NCBI GenBank assembly: GCA_051382295.1
Contig: JBBCAW010000021.1
Span: forward strand, 64,001 to 128,000
DNA from: Bdellovibrionota bacterium FG-1
Lineage (GTDB): Bacteria; Bdellovibrionota; UBA1018
Reading direction: 5' to 3'
Length of the DNA: 64,000 nucleotides
Numbering within the stretch: position 1 is the stretch's first letter; every line of letters begins with the position of its first letter. The notes beneath the pieces are model-generated. The model was given only the letters and a program-made list of their open reading frames with translations. It did not search any database and had not been told where the DNA came from. Shown here one piece after another: positions 30,321 through 39,779 of the stretch. The position numbers and the translations under genes were made by a program.

Positions 30321-31133
30321 TTAGGCCATTCCTACGATATAGGCCACCCAAGCGTAGGCATTGTCGCCATGATCGGCTTGAAGGTACTCACCGGTCCCTT
30401 GACCTTTGTGTTCGGTTTCCCAAAAGACACAAGTTTTGCGAAATCCCGCTTCTTTCATGGCATCGCGTATTTCTGGAATCGTCCAAAGTCGCCAATCGTA
30501 AGTGAAGGCGTCGTTGATCTGAATGCCATTTTTGAGTTTGAAGTGAATCGAATACTGAGCATCGTGGGTGATGGGGTCAAACGATTTTTGGTGCCAAGTG
30601 TAGACAAATTTTCCGATTTTTGGAGCTTTGGCCGTTTTTCGTTCCCGCATGGGCGCGATCATTCCGGGGCCGCCCGCAAGATCCAAAATCGCCATGCCAT
30701 TTTTTCCCAGGGAGCGCATACAACCACGGAGATAGCGAACGAGGGTTTCGCGTTCTTTAAAGATACAATATGAAAAATTACAGGCGATCAGCAAGTCTAC
30801 CTTCGGCTGGGTGATGGACAGGACATTGTCATTGAGCAGCTGTAGCCGTTTCCTCTGTTCAGCACTCAGCGTGCGCCAATGGTGTTTTTTTCCGTAAGCC
30901 AGGGGTTCTGGGTCCAGATCGATGGCGATGGCGGTGTTATTGCGGTTGCGCTTCACCCATTCCGCACTTAAGCGGGCCGTTCCGCAGAAATCTTCACGCA
31001 GGTGACGAGGGTAAGTGCCCCGAAGTTCTTTGTAAACGTGGACAAACCACTCGGCATGGTAATCTGGACTTTGGACGGAATTTTCATAAAGCGCGAACTT
31101 ATCGATTTTTGAGATGGCCTTTGAGATAGTCAT
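30321..31133 (-). CDS. Class I SAM-dependent methyltransferase-like protein
   Basis: LYExSVQ, LREDFCGTA, AIDLD, WRLW motifs; start at MTISK avoids overlap with divergent gene. Confidence 0.75.
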   Translation of the reverse strand: MTISKAISKIDKFALYENSVQSPDYHAEWFVHVYKELRGTYPRHLREDFCGTARLSAEWVKRNRNNTAIAIDLDPEPLAYGKKHHWRTLSAEQRKRLQLLNDNVLSITQPKVDLLIACNFSYCIFKERETLVRYLRGCMRSLGKNGMAILDLAGGPGMIAPMRERKTAKAPKIGKFVYTWHQKSFDPITHDAQYSIHFKLKNGIQINDAFTYDWRLWTIPEIRDAMKEAGFRKTCVFWETEHKGQGTGEYLQADHGDNAYAWVAYIVGMA

Positions 31134-31220
31134 GGAGCGTGGTTTTTCGCATAAACGGGCTGATTGGTCTAGAGGCAAGGCGTGCAATTCAGGTGGATAA
31201 CTGATAGCGTCGCCCCCCAT

Positions 31221-33041
31221 ATGGCTATTTTGGTCAGTGCTCACAGTCTTCGAAAAGCTTTTGCCGCGCGCCCTTTGTTTGATGGCCTCACGTTTGCGAT
31301 TGAAAGTGGCGAACGTATCGGTCTGATTGGGCCCAATGGAGCGGGCAAGTCGACATTGCTCAAGATTTTGGCGGGGAAAATTCAACCCGACGAGGGAAAG
31401 CTTTCCATTCAACGTGGATTGCGGGTTGGGTTTTTGGAACAGGTGCCCACTTTCAATCCTGGGATCTCGGTTTTTGAGACCGTTTTAGAGGGCACCCCTG
31501 ATCCCCATGATTGGGAGTGTATGGCCCTCGCTCATGAGCAGTTATCCAAGCTTTCCTTGGATGGTTCCGAGGGAGTAGGTCCCGATAGTCGAGTCGATAC
31601 GCTGTCAGGCGGTTGGAAAAAGCGGGTAGCCTTGGCCCGCGAGCTGGTGCGCCAGCCTGACTTGTTGCTTTTAGATGAACCGACCAATCATTTGGATGTG
31701 GAAAGCATTCTTTGGCTCGAGGATTTTTTAGCCCACGCCCCCTTCGCGGCATTAACCATCACGCATGATCGGCTTTTTTTACAGCGGATTGCCAACCGAA
31801 TTATTGAGCTGGACCCTAGAAATCCCGGCGGATTGCTGAGTATTCAAGGTGATTATGCCCACTACCTTGAAACTAAAGATTTACTGATGGCGGCCCAAGA
31901 GCGCCGTGAGATCATCCTCAAAAACACTTTACGGCGCGAAACTGAGTGGTTAAGGCAAGGGGCCAAGGCGCGTACCACCAAGCAGCAGGCCCGGATTCAA
32001 CGCGCAGGGGATCTTAAGGACGAAGTCGGTGAGCTGGGCGTTCGAAATCAACAACGAGTGGCCAGAATCGATTTTCAAGGATCGGATAAAAATCCAAAAC
32101 GACTGGTTGAAGCTAAGAAAATCTCAAAATCCTACGGTAAACGAGTGATTTTCAAGGATGTAGATCTTCTGTTGAGTCCCGGCAGTCGGATAGGGCTTTT
32201 GGGCCCAAACGGTTGCGGAAAATCGACATTGATTCGTGTTCTTTTGGGCCAGGAGGAGTCGGACAACGGCGTAGTTCTTCGTTCTGACCATCTTTCGTGT
32301 TCCTATTTTGAGCAAAATCGAGAGACCTTGGACCCCGAAAAAACGATTCTAAAAACCATTTGTCCGGAAGGGGAATGGGTGGACTACCGGGGCGGCAAAA
32401 TGCATGTCCGCGGCTATCTGGATCGTTTTTTGTTCACGCAAGGTCAGATGGAAATGGCGGTCGGAAAACTTTCAGGAGGCGAACAAAGTCGTCTCTTGTT
32501 AGCGCAGCTTATGCTTCGTGAGGCCAATATTTTGGTTTTAGATGAGCCTACCAACGACCTGGATATGGCTACCTTGGCGGTGCTTGAAGATTGTCTGGGT
32601 GAATTTCCCGGTGCAGTCATCTTGGTGACCCATGATCGATATTTCCTGGATCAAGTCGCAACTCGGATTTTGGCCTTCAATCCCTTCCGGCTTGAGCTAG
32701 GACGCTTGACTGCTTTTGAGGGGTTGGGCCAATGGGAGCTTTGGCATGCCGAGCAGCTCCGGGAGTCCAAGGCGGCGCAACAGGGGGGGGCGGCTTCAAA
32801 GAAAAAGAAGCTCAGTAATAAGCTCACCTATAAAGACCAGCGCGAATACGATTCGATTGAGCAGACGATTCAACAAGCCGAAGCTAACCTTGAAATACTC
32901 ACCGCCGAGAGTTCGCATTCAGATCATAGCACGAACGCTGTTCGCTTGGCTGAGTTGGCAAAACAGATGAGTGATACCCAGGCCGAAATTGATCGATTGT
33001 ATGCTCGTTGGGGAGAGCTTGAAAAAATCGCCAATCGTTAA
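31221..33041 (+). CDS. uup: ABC-F family ATPase, Uup-like
   Basis: Two ABC cassettes (GPNGAGKS/LSGG/LDEPT), ARTTKQQAR linker, C-terminal KLTYKDQRE...RWGEL. Confidence 0.85.
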   Translation: MAILVSAHSLRKAFAARPLFDGLTFAIESGERIGLIGPNGAGKSTLLKILAGKIQPDEGKLSIQRGLRVGFLEQVPTFNPGISVFETVLEGTPDPHDWECMALAHEQLSKLSLDGSEGVGPDSRVDTLSGGWKKRVALARELVRQPDLLLLDEPTNHLDVESILWLEDFLAHAPFAALTITHDRLFLQRIANRIIELDPRNPGGLLSIQGDYAHYLETKDLLMAAQERREIILKNTLRRETEWLRQGAKARTTKQQARIQRAGDLKDEVGELGVRNQQRVARIDFQGSDKNPKRLVEAKKISKSYGKRVIFKDVDLLLSPGSRIGLLGPNGCGKSTLIRVLLGQEESDNGVVLRSDHLSCSYFEQNRETLDPEKTILKTICPEGEWVDYRGGKMHVRGYLDRFLFTQGQMEMAVGKLSGGEQSRLLLAQLMLREANILVLDEPTNDLDMATLAVLEDCLGEFPGAVILVTHDRYFLDQVATRILAFNPFRLELGRLTAFEGLGQWELWHAEQLRESKAAQQGGAASKKKKLSNKLTYKDQREYDSIEQTIQQAEANLEILTAESSHSDHSTNAVRLAELAKQMSDTQAEIDRLYARWGELEKIANR

Positions 33042-33584
33042 TTAAGGAACGGCCTTGAGAAGTGCCTCACCCACGCGATCTAAAATCTCGTTTGCACGTG
33101 AAGAATCGGGCGAATCCGTTTTGGCAAAGCCGGCGGGAGTTCCATCCTCTTTGAGTTTTTCGATCTCTTCTTGGGTCTCGACGGCCACTTCCGTAGCGCC
33201 GAGCCCCCTTTTGGTGTCGACCCGATATTTGATCCGTGTCTGAAGGTAAACTTTACGAGGCGAGCTGTTGACGGTGTATTCGTGATATTTGTCGCGAGAC
33301 TGGGCGTAGAACCATTCTGTTTCAAGGCTTCGGTGGGTGAGCTTTTTGAGTTCAAGGGCATCCACCTCTTTAGGGTCGCGTTCCAGTATTTTGTAATTGC
33401 GTAAGGCGTTTTCGATTCCCTTCCAGACGACCGGAAATTCATATTCAAAGGCACGGTGGTTGCTCAGTTTTGCATATTCTTGAGCCCGAACCGGAGGGCC
33501 GCCCGTTGCACAACCGCTCCACAGACTAGCTGACAAAACTGCACCCAAGACCCATTCTAAAATAACTGATTTCCGTGAATTCAC
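33042..33584 (-). CDS. Hypothetical lipoprotein
   Basis: Lipobox WSG-C; GTG start overlapping upstream stop. Confidence 0.6.
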   Translation of the reverse strand: MNSRKSVILEWVLGAVLSASLWSGCATGGPPVRAQEYAKLSNHRAFEYEFPVVWKGIENALRNYKILERDPKEVDALELKKLTHRSLETEWFYAQSRDKYHEYTVNSSPRKVYLQTRIKYRVDTKRGLGATEVAVETQEEIEKLKEDGTPAGFAKTDSPDSSRANEILDRVGEALLKAVP

Positions 33585-34297
33585 CCGTGGTCCTCCGGTT
33601 TTTCCTCAAGTTCAGGATCGAGCGGTATTGGAGGACGGGTGGATTCAGGTGGGAGTACGACCGCAGGCTTGTTCGGTGCGCTCGCTTTGGGTTTTGCTTT
33701 TGCCCTCAGCTTGGGCTTTGCTTTTGTTTCACTAGGTTGCGCAAAAACTGAACTCTTTTTTAGGGTTTTAAGGTCAATTATGATGCGGACGGGATTGGAG
33801 AGCTCAAAAACTTCGACAGGGGATTCATCCTTAAGTTCAAAAACAAAGGTCCATGAATCATCCTCGACTCTAGGAAGCAAAGAGACCGCTTGAATGGCCG
33901 AACTTTTTTTGAAGGCGGCTTTTATTTTCAATGGATCAAATTCCAAACGAGGCTTACCCCAAAGGGTCACGACTAATCGACGTTCATCGGGGTTGACCGC
34001 GACCTGATAATAAGGGGGCCGTGGCACCGCAGCGGGTTCGCCATCTTGGGTGCCTTGAAGATCAATCACGATTCGCTCATAGCCGCCCTGGCTGCCGGCA
34101 TTGCGCGCATAACGAATATCTCGCACCGAAACGTGGTTGATGGCGCGGTCGCCTCCCACATAAAGTCCATCACGGACATAGGCGAGATTTTTTTTCGAAT
34201 CCGCCACGTGGACCATCTCTGGTTTGAGTTCAGCTTGAGAAACAGAGGCACCCCAAAGGCAAGGTATCGCAAAGAAGAGAGTAAGCAAGGATCTCAT
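33581..34297 (-). CDS. Exported AMIN-like domain protein
   Basis: YERIVIDL and FELSNPVRIIID; Lys/Pro-rich tail. Confidence 0.6.
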   Translation of the reverse strand: MRSLLTLFFAIPCLWGASVSQAELKPEMVHVADSKKNLAYVRDGLYVGGDRAINHVSVRDIRYARNAGSQGGYERIVIDLQGTQDGEPAAVPRPPYYQVAVNPDERRLVVTLWGKPRLEFDPLKIKAAFKKSSAIQAVSLLPRVEDDSWTFVFELKDESPVEVFELSNPVRIIIDLKTLKKSSVFAQPSETKAKPKLRAKAKPKASAPNKPAVVLPPESTRPPIPLDPELEEKPEDHG

Positions 34298-36120
34298 GGA
34301 TCTAAAGCTACCCTTGAGATCCCTGGCGCGCAAGCAGAACCACGGGCCATCGCCTTAGCCAGTCGGGCGATTAAACCCATCAACATCCAGGGGGCAAGCC
34401 ATCCGACCATGGTTCCTGGCGGCATTCCTGATCCCCCCCCTTTGCCTGGGATTGAGCTCGAAAGGGTGCCGCAAAAGCCCGCACCGTTGGTGCTATTGGT
34501 TGAGGTGGCCTGGCGAGGAGGATCCCCCCCGGGGCTAGAATAACTCGCAAAAGCTTCGTCCATACGGCACCGAGCATTGAGTGATAAATCGGTAGCAAGA
34601 GGGGGCGGGGATTCATTCACTGACCCGGTCATGACGACAAAGGGTACCGTATCCAACGCGACCGGGCCCGCCGGATAGCGAGTGGAATCTAAGGTCGATG
34701 CGGTGACTTTCAGAAAATAATCGCCCGCTTCTAAAGAGTCGGCCGTGAGGGCTCCGTCAAAATTAGTAAAACCTGAATCGCCCGAATACACACTCGCGAC
34801 CGATTTAGCCGAGGCAATGGTTTTGCCGTTGATATCGAGCAATTCCAATTGAGGATGAATCGGCGAATAAAGGCTATAGCTCAAAGCGTGAATCTCAAGA
34901 TGGCCTGAAACATTTTGGAGGCGATAATAGCTGGGATTAGAGCCTTTCAAGCGGTCGGCCAAGCCAAAACCTCGGCTATTGCGAGCGGAATCAAAGATCG
35001 CTGGGGCCAGGGTTGCCATCGATGCGTGATTGATGCTGTCTGTGCCCGCCGCTGCCGTAATGGCCGCGCCGCCGCTAGCAGAGCAATGAGCCACGAACCG
35101 GGGGACGTTGGCAGTACTGCCTCCTCTGACCTCGATACTGCTGAGCTGAAGGCTTGCCGGGTCGGTCAAAAAGGTTCTTCCAAAATCGAGCGATCCGGAA
35201 CAAACGGCCGCGGTCATCGCTGAGTAATAGCTGGGCAGCGCAGATGACCCGGCAAAATAGGGTTCTACCATCAAAAAATAATCCCCCGGCTCGAGGGCAT
35301 TGATTTGAAAGTGTCCACTCGAATCCGTGAGTCCGGTCGCCAAGACGGTGCCGCGTTGGCGCGAGATTGCAAGCACATGCGCGCCGAGTACCGCTTTTCC
35401 GGCATCGCTGACCACTTGGCCGGAAATGGCACCCCGAGCCCCCGCGTGAGTATCTGGATAAAGCGCGTGAATCGCGATTTGTTCGTCGCAGGAGAGGTGC
35501 GCTTGTTCGGGCGATTCCATGTATAGCATCGTCGATTGCAAGCCACCGCTATGCGAAAGGCCATAGGCATGGCCAAATTCATGGCTGAGGACGTTTTCGA
35601 TGAAGACGTTATTTTTTCCGGCTGAAAAGCTACTCGTGGAAGTTCCAAACCCCGAGGTGTCTTTAGGGTTTGTGGTGAATTTAAAATCCACGTCATTGAG
35701 GACCACATCGGTCTCCATGATTTCGCCGGTGTCGGTGTTATACCAGACCTGGGTCAGTCCCAACACATTGGGTGATAAATGAGAGCCCCCCTTGGCGTGC
35801 GAGGCGAAATAAACACTGGAGAGTCCGTTGTAATTGCTATCGGGTTCATAGGCGTTTGCATCGGTCCCTTGCCAGTAGTCAAAGCCAACTTGGTTGTCCG
35901 AGGCTTTTTGCCAACGTTGCAAGCTTTTGACGACGGCGGCATAAAACCCCCCGGCGTCGATGCCACTCGCATTGATCGGATTTCCCGCTAGATTCAGCTT
36001 GGGGGTGCCTTTCCAGCGGACGGGGATGCCCTTTGCGCTGATCGTCGGGGTATAGGCTTGAGCCGAGAAAGAACCCAGGCTCATCATGATTAAAAACCCA
36101 TTGGTCGCCAAACGTCCCAT
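34294..36120 (-). CDS. Matrixin-like (metzincin) metalloprotease with carboxypeptidase-regulatory-like domain and C-terminal anchor
   Basis: HEFGHAYGLSH + STM Met-turn; GAISGQV...TDSSGHFQINALEPGDY; C-terminal GFCG...TM. Confidence 0.85.
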   Translation of the reverse strand: MGRLATNGFLIMMSLGSFSAQAYTPTISAKGIPVRWKGTPKLNLAGNPINASGIDAGGFYAAVVKSLQRWQKASDNQVGFDYWQGTDANAYEPDSNYNGLSSVYFASHAKGGSHLSPNVLGLTQVWYNTDTGEIMETDVVLNDVDFKFTTNPKDTSGFGTSTSSFSAGKNNVFIENVLSHEFGHAYGLSHSGGLQSTMLYMESPEQAHLSCDEQIAIHALYPDTHAGARGAISGQVVSDAGKAVLGAHVLAISRQRGTVLATGLTDSSGHFQINALEPGDYFLMVEPYFAGSSALPSYYSAMTAAVCSGSLDFGRTFLTDPASLQLSSIEVRGGSTANVPRFVAHCSASGGAAITAAAGTDSINHASMATLAPAIFDSARNSRGFGLADRLKGSNPSYYRLQNVSGHLEIHALSYSLYSPIHPQLELLDINGKTIASAKSVASVYSGDSGFTNFDGALTADSLEAGDYFLKVTASTLDSTRYPAGPVALDTVPFVVMTGSVNESPPPLATDLSLNARCRMDEAFASYSSPGGDPPRQATSTNSTNGAGFCGTLSSSIPGKGGGSGMPPGTMVGWLAPWMLMGLIARLAKAMARGSACAPGISRVALDP

Positions 36121-36172
36121 CCGTGAGACTCCTCGCGAGACTACTCGCTACGAGGATCCGGCAGCGCGGCAG

Positions 36173-36982
36173 CTATTTGCGCCTTCGGGCAAGCAGGACC
36201 ATTATGAGCCCTGCGAGTGCAATTCCTCCGCCCCATCCAAGGACAGAGGAGAGCACTGAATCCTCATCGTGAGAGTGTTGCAATTGAGGTGCCGGGGTGG
36301 GTTTGCTTTGAACGACCGGGGGGGGCGGTGTGTTGGCGATTCTTGAATTCAACGGAACTGCATGATTTGAAGGTCGAATTTTAGGTTCGCTCGGGGTGGT
36401 ACTGGAGCTGGAGATCAGTTGACGAAGGGCTTCTAATGTCCACTTCTTGGCGTTTTTGGGATCATCTTGACCCTCCTCACCGTCACTAATCCGTGGGGCC
36501 GTCAATGAGTTGATGCCCGCGCCGACCAAATACTCAGTCCCGTTTTTGTCTTTTTTGAGATTGTATTTGCCCATCATCATGCCCCAAATGTCATGCGAGC
36601 CTTCGGTGTTTTTTTCGCTCAAAAACACGACGACGTCTTCGCCTGGGACAAAATGTGCGGAGCCAGCGACCTGCATTCCGACGCCGTCTTTTTCGCCCCC
36701 CATTTCGCGCATGCGAAGCACCTGGTTCGGAGTGATCCCCGCACCCTTGAGGACCTCCTGAGGTTGAAATTCCCAGAAAGTGTAGATGCGTTTATTGCCG
36801 TCATCACCTCGTCCCCAGTCCGTAAAGGTGGTGGTCACCTTGCCTCGGACGATCACCGGAGCGTCCTGAACCGTCTCGCCAAAGGGCCGTTCGTAGAAGC
36901 TGGTAGCCCAAGCGTTCGGAAGGGTCTCAGTTCCCCAAAGGCCCAGTAAAACCAATGGAATCCAAAATAAAATGGCGCGCAT
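36173..36982 (-). CDS. Exported protein with C-terminal membrane anchor
   Basis: Signal peptide; VIVRGKV...EVLKG...GGEKDG...GEDVVVFL domain; Pro-rich linker; TM + RRRK. Confidence 0.65.
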   Translation of the reverse strand: MRAILFWIPLVLLGLWGTETLPNAWATSFYERPFGETVQDAPVIVRGKVTTTFTDWGRGDDGNKRIYTFWEFQPQEVLKGAGITPNQVLRMREMGGEKDGVGMQVAGSAHFVPGEDVVVFLSEKNTEGSHDIWGMMMGKYNLKKDKNGTEYLVGAGINSLTAPRISDGEEGQDDPKNAKKWTLEALRQLISSSSTTPSEPKIRPSNHAVPLNSRIANTPPPPVVQSKPTPAPQLQHSHDEDSVLSSVLGWGGGIALAGLIMVLLARRRK

Positions 36983-37056
36983 GAGACGATGGTAGCATGA
37001 ATACTCTGCTAAAACGCTTGCAGTCTATTTGGCTTGATGCTATCTCGGCTGGCAAT

Positions 37057-37132
37057 GGATCGATAGCTCAGTTGGTAGAGCAGATGACTCTTAATCATCG
37101 GGTCGTGGGTTCGATCCCCTCTCGATCCACCA
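37057..37132 (+). tRNA. tRNA-Lys (CTT)
   Basis: 76-nt cloverleaf, GATGA-CTCTTAA-TCATC anticodon arm, GGTTCGA T loop, encoded CCA. Confidence 0.97.
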
Positions 37133-37137
37133 TTTTT

Positions 37138-37172
37138 AAAAGCCTGAATTCATTATGAATTTGGGCTTTTTT
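37138..37172 (+). terminator. Intrinsic terminator after tRNA-Lys
   Basis: AAAAGCCTGAATTCAT..ATGAATTTGGGCTTTT + T tract. Confidence 0.8.
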
Positions 37173-37205
37173 TGTTTATGGGGGTTGGGGTGAAACTCAG
37201 TTCTT

Positions 37206-37943
37206 ATGAAAACACCGCTTGTTGAAATCGGCGACCGTCTCACGGCAAATCTCAAGTCCATGCGCTTTAAAAGACCGGTCACTCACGTCTACAACCCGCT
37301 GGAATACGCCCGTTTACCTTGGGAACGCTACGTGGAATTATACGGTCAGCAACCCCGCCGCGTGGTTTTTTTAGGGATGAACCCCGGACCGTACGGAATG
37401 GCTCAGACCGGTATACCCTTTGGCGAAATCGCGGCAGTAAGAGATTGGATGGGCATACGAGAGAAAGTCGGAAAGCCTTGCGACGAACACTCAAAGCGTC
37501 CGATTTTGGGTTTTGATTGTCCGCGATCCGAGGTGAGTGGTCAACGCTTGTGGGGATGGGCGCGCAGTCGGTACGGAACCCCCGAGCGGTTTTTTCGACA
37601 CTTTTTTGTGCTCAATTATTGCCCCCTTGTGTTCATGGAAGAAAGTGGACGTAACTTGACACCGGATCACTTACCTCCGCGCGAACGCGCGACGTTGTTT
37701 GGAGTCTGTGACCAGGCACTGCGAGAAATGGTGACGGTTCTCCGTCCCGAGTGGGTGATCGGCGTGGGGGCGTTTGCAGAAAATCGCGCACGCGAAGCGC
37801 TCGATGGATTTTCGGGAGTCCCGGGTGTTTCGGTCAAGGTGGGGCGAATCCTTCACCCGAGCCCAGCCAGTCCGAAGGCCAATCGTGGGTGGGCTGCCGC
37901 GATTGAGAAAGAACTCACCGCGCTCGGTATCTCGCTGGCCTAG
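37206..37943 (+). CDS. SMUG1-family uracil-DNA glycosylase
   Basis: YNPLEYA, GMNPGPYGMAQTGIPFG, EVSGQR, NYCPL, HPSP. Confidence 0.92.
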   Translation: MKTPLVEIGDRLTANLKSMRFKRPVTHVYNPLEYARLPWERYVELYGQQPRRVVFLGMNPGPYGMAQTGIPFGEIAAVRDWMGIREKVGKPCDEHSKRPILGFDCPRSEVSGQRLWGWARSRYGTPERFFRHFFVLNYCPLVFMEESGRNLTPDHLPPRERATLFGVCDQALREMVTVLRPEWVIGVGAFAENRAREALDGFSGVPGVSVKVGRILHPSPASPKANRGWAAAIEKELTALGISLA

Positions 37944-37953
37944 ACGGCATTGC

Positions 37954-38205
37954 TTACCACTTCTGCCCAGGCGCTTCTTGCCCGAGTTGGAGCTTTCGAT
38001 TGATGATGCGGGCGTAAAAATAAGCTCGATCACGGCCGAGCAAGAGTCGTTCGACATCTTCGGCGGGTGAACCTTCCCAATGAAGAGAGTCATCCTCATT
38101 GGTGACCTGCAACATGCGGGGCCCATTCTGTTCCAGCAAATTGATCTGAACTTTCACAATTTCTGCTTTTGATTTCATGGTCTGACCAATCGACTGAGCA
38201 TTCAT
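37954..38205 (-). CDS. Small hypothetical protein
   Basis: ORF filling gap between convergent/divergent genes; start uncertain (38205 or 38178). Confidence 0.45.
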   Translation of the reverse strand: MNAQSIGQTMKSKAEIVKVQINLLEQNGPRMLQVTNEDDSLHWEGSPAEDVERLLLGRDRAYFYARIINRKLQLGQEAPGQKW

Positions 38206-38333
38206 CTCAATCTGTTCCCCTAGATCATCTGTAGTCGGGGTTGTCGCGCAGTACAAGGGGATAAGTGTGACGCAAGGAGCTAGGCTTGGTTTCTCTGGAC
38301 AGCAGTATAGAAGAAATGTTTCCATCAAAAATC

Positions 38334-38951
38334 ATGAAATCGCCGTTAGCTATCACCCTTGCGCAGATCTCTCAGGACTCAGAGTTTGTTCATTTACGGA
38401 AATTTGCCCACGTCCGGATTGATCTCAAATATGCTTCGATCGACAATTTCATGGGCAAAAATGTTTATGGAGATTTCAACGAGCCGTTTCTACATTATCG
38501 GGCGGCGCAAAAGTTTGAGCAAGCGGCACAGAGGATAGGAAGCCTCTATCCTGGCTGGGCTCTATTGGTGTTTGATGCGCTTCGTCCTCGCTCCGTTCAG
38601 CGTCTGCTTTGGGCCCATGTCAAGGACACGCCCAACGAGGACTATGTTGCCAACCCTGACAGAGGGTCGATGCATAATTATGGGTGTGCGGTGGATCTCA
38701 CGGTAGCAGACCAAAACGGCGTGCCGTTGGATATGGGCACTCCCTTTGACACTTTTCATCCGCTCTCGCAACCCAAGTTAGAGGCCGATCACTTGCGATC
38801 CAAGCAACTCAAAAAGGAACAGGTTGAAAACCGATTGATTCTACGAAAAATTATGACTGACGCGGGATTTATTCAACTTCCGCATGAATGGTGGCATTTT
38901 GATGCCTTTCCCTCGGCCGAAGTCCGAGCACAGTTTAGAATCATTGAATAA
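38334..38951 (+). CDS. ddpX: D-Ala-D-Ala dipeptidase (M15D, VanX/DdpX family)
   Basis: DLKYAS.DNF, DALRP, SMHNYGCAVD, EWWHF. Confidence 0.9.
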   Translation: MKSPLAITLAQISQDSEFVHLRKFAHVRIDLKYASIDNFMGKNVYGDFNEPFLHYRAAQKFEQAAQRIGSLYPGWALLVFDALRPRSVQRLLWAHVKDTPNEDYVANPDRGSMHNYGCAVDLTVADQNGVPLDMGTPFDTFHPLSQPKLEADHLRSKQLKKEQVENRLILRKIMTDAGFIQLPHEWWHFDAFPSAEVRAQFRIIE

Positions 38952-38967
38952 AATATCCAACGCGGGC

Positions 38968-39765
38968 CTAAAACTGTCTTCGATCCCGCTTCGAAAGAAT
39001 TTTTCCATTCGAGGCGTCCACAATCACCTGACGGCCTTGGACATAGAATTCGTAGGCGCGATGGCCTTGAGGAGCGGCATCCGATTTACGAGGGTCGACC
39101 CAGATCACCTCGCGACCCCCTTTTATTGTGCTCGCTGAAGGGGTGTCCTCTACCGCTGTTTGAGCGCGGGACCGGGCATTTTCGAGATCCAACGTGCGGG
39201 AATTGATTACGATGACATCGCCTGTATAGCTGGACCAAAGTCCAAGGAGCTCGCCCTGGGGTCCGAGATCGACTGTGATGGTAGCAGGAGGCTCAAGGGG
39301 AATACCGTCATAACCTTCTCGAAAGGCCACCTGCGTGGTTGCAGGACTGTTTTTGGCCAACGGAGCAAGCAGCGGTAAATCCGCTTGAATTCCTAAGAGT
39401 CCGCGCGCGCCATCAATCACTTCGTTCGCTCGCATGATCGATTTTTTGGGGTCTTTGGGGTCAAAATCCGGCGCGCCTCGCAAACCATTGCCGAAAGATC
39501 CCTTCAAAGATTCCAGATGTCCTTTTGAATTAAACTGGGGGTTCAAATCCGGACCGAATTTTTTTTGAAACATTTTCCACAGATTTGCTGGTTTAGAAAT
39601 AGAGGATGGGCTTGGTGTGGGGGATGTAGCTGCTTGCATCGGCGACGGGGAAGGGGTCAAACTAGAGGATGTGACGGATGGGCGTAAAGGCTCGTGGCCC
39701 CGCTCGTGGAAAAGCCACGCGGCAAGCAGAGCGAGAGCGATACATCCTGCTAAGAGCTTTTTCAT
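38968..39765 (-). CDS. Stand-alone FTP + PepSY propeptide-like protein
   Basis: VAFREGYDGIPL...V...GEL (FTP-like); AYEFYV...VIVDASNGKIL (PepSY-like); no HExxH. Confidence 0.7.
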   Translation of the reverse strand: MKKLLAGCIALALLAAWLFHERGHEPLRPSVTSSSLTPSPSPMQAATSPTPSPSSISKPANLWKMFQKKFGPDLNPQFNSKGHLESLKGSFGNGLRGAPDFDPKDPKKSIMRANEVIDGARGLLGIQADLPLLAPLAKNSPATTQVAFREGYDGIPLEPPATITVDLGPQGELLGLWSSYTGDVIVINSRTLDLENARSRAQTAVEDTPSASTIKGGREVIWVDPRKSDAAPQGHRAYEFYVQGRQVIVDASNGKILSKRDRRQF

Positions 39766-39779
39766 TCGAGTTGATCTTT

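Noticed and set aside
30162..30773. 203-aa plus-strand ORF and similar antisense ORFs throughout
   Set aside because: Shadow frames of well-supported genes on the opposite strand
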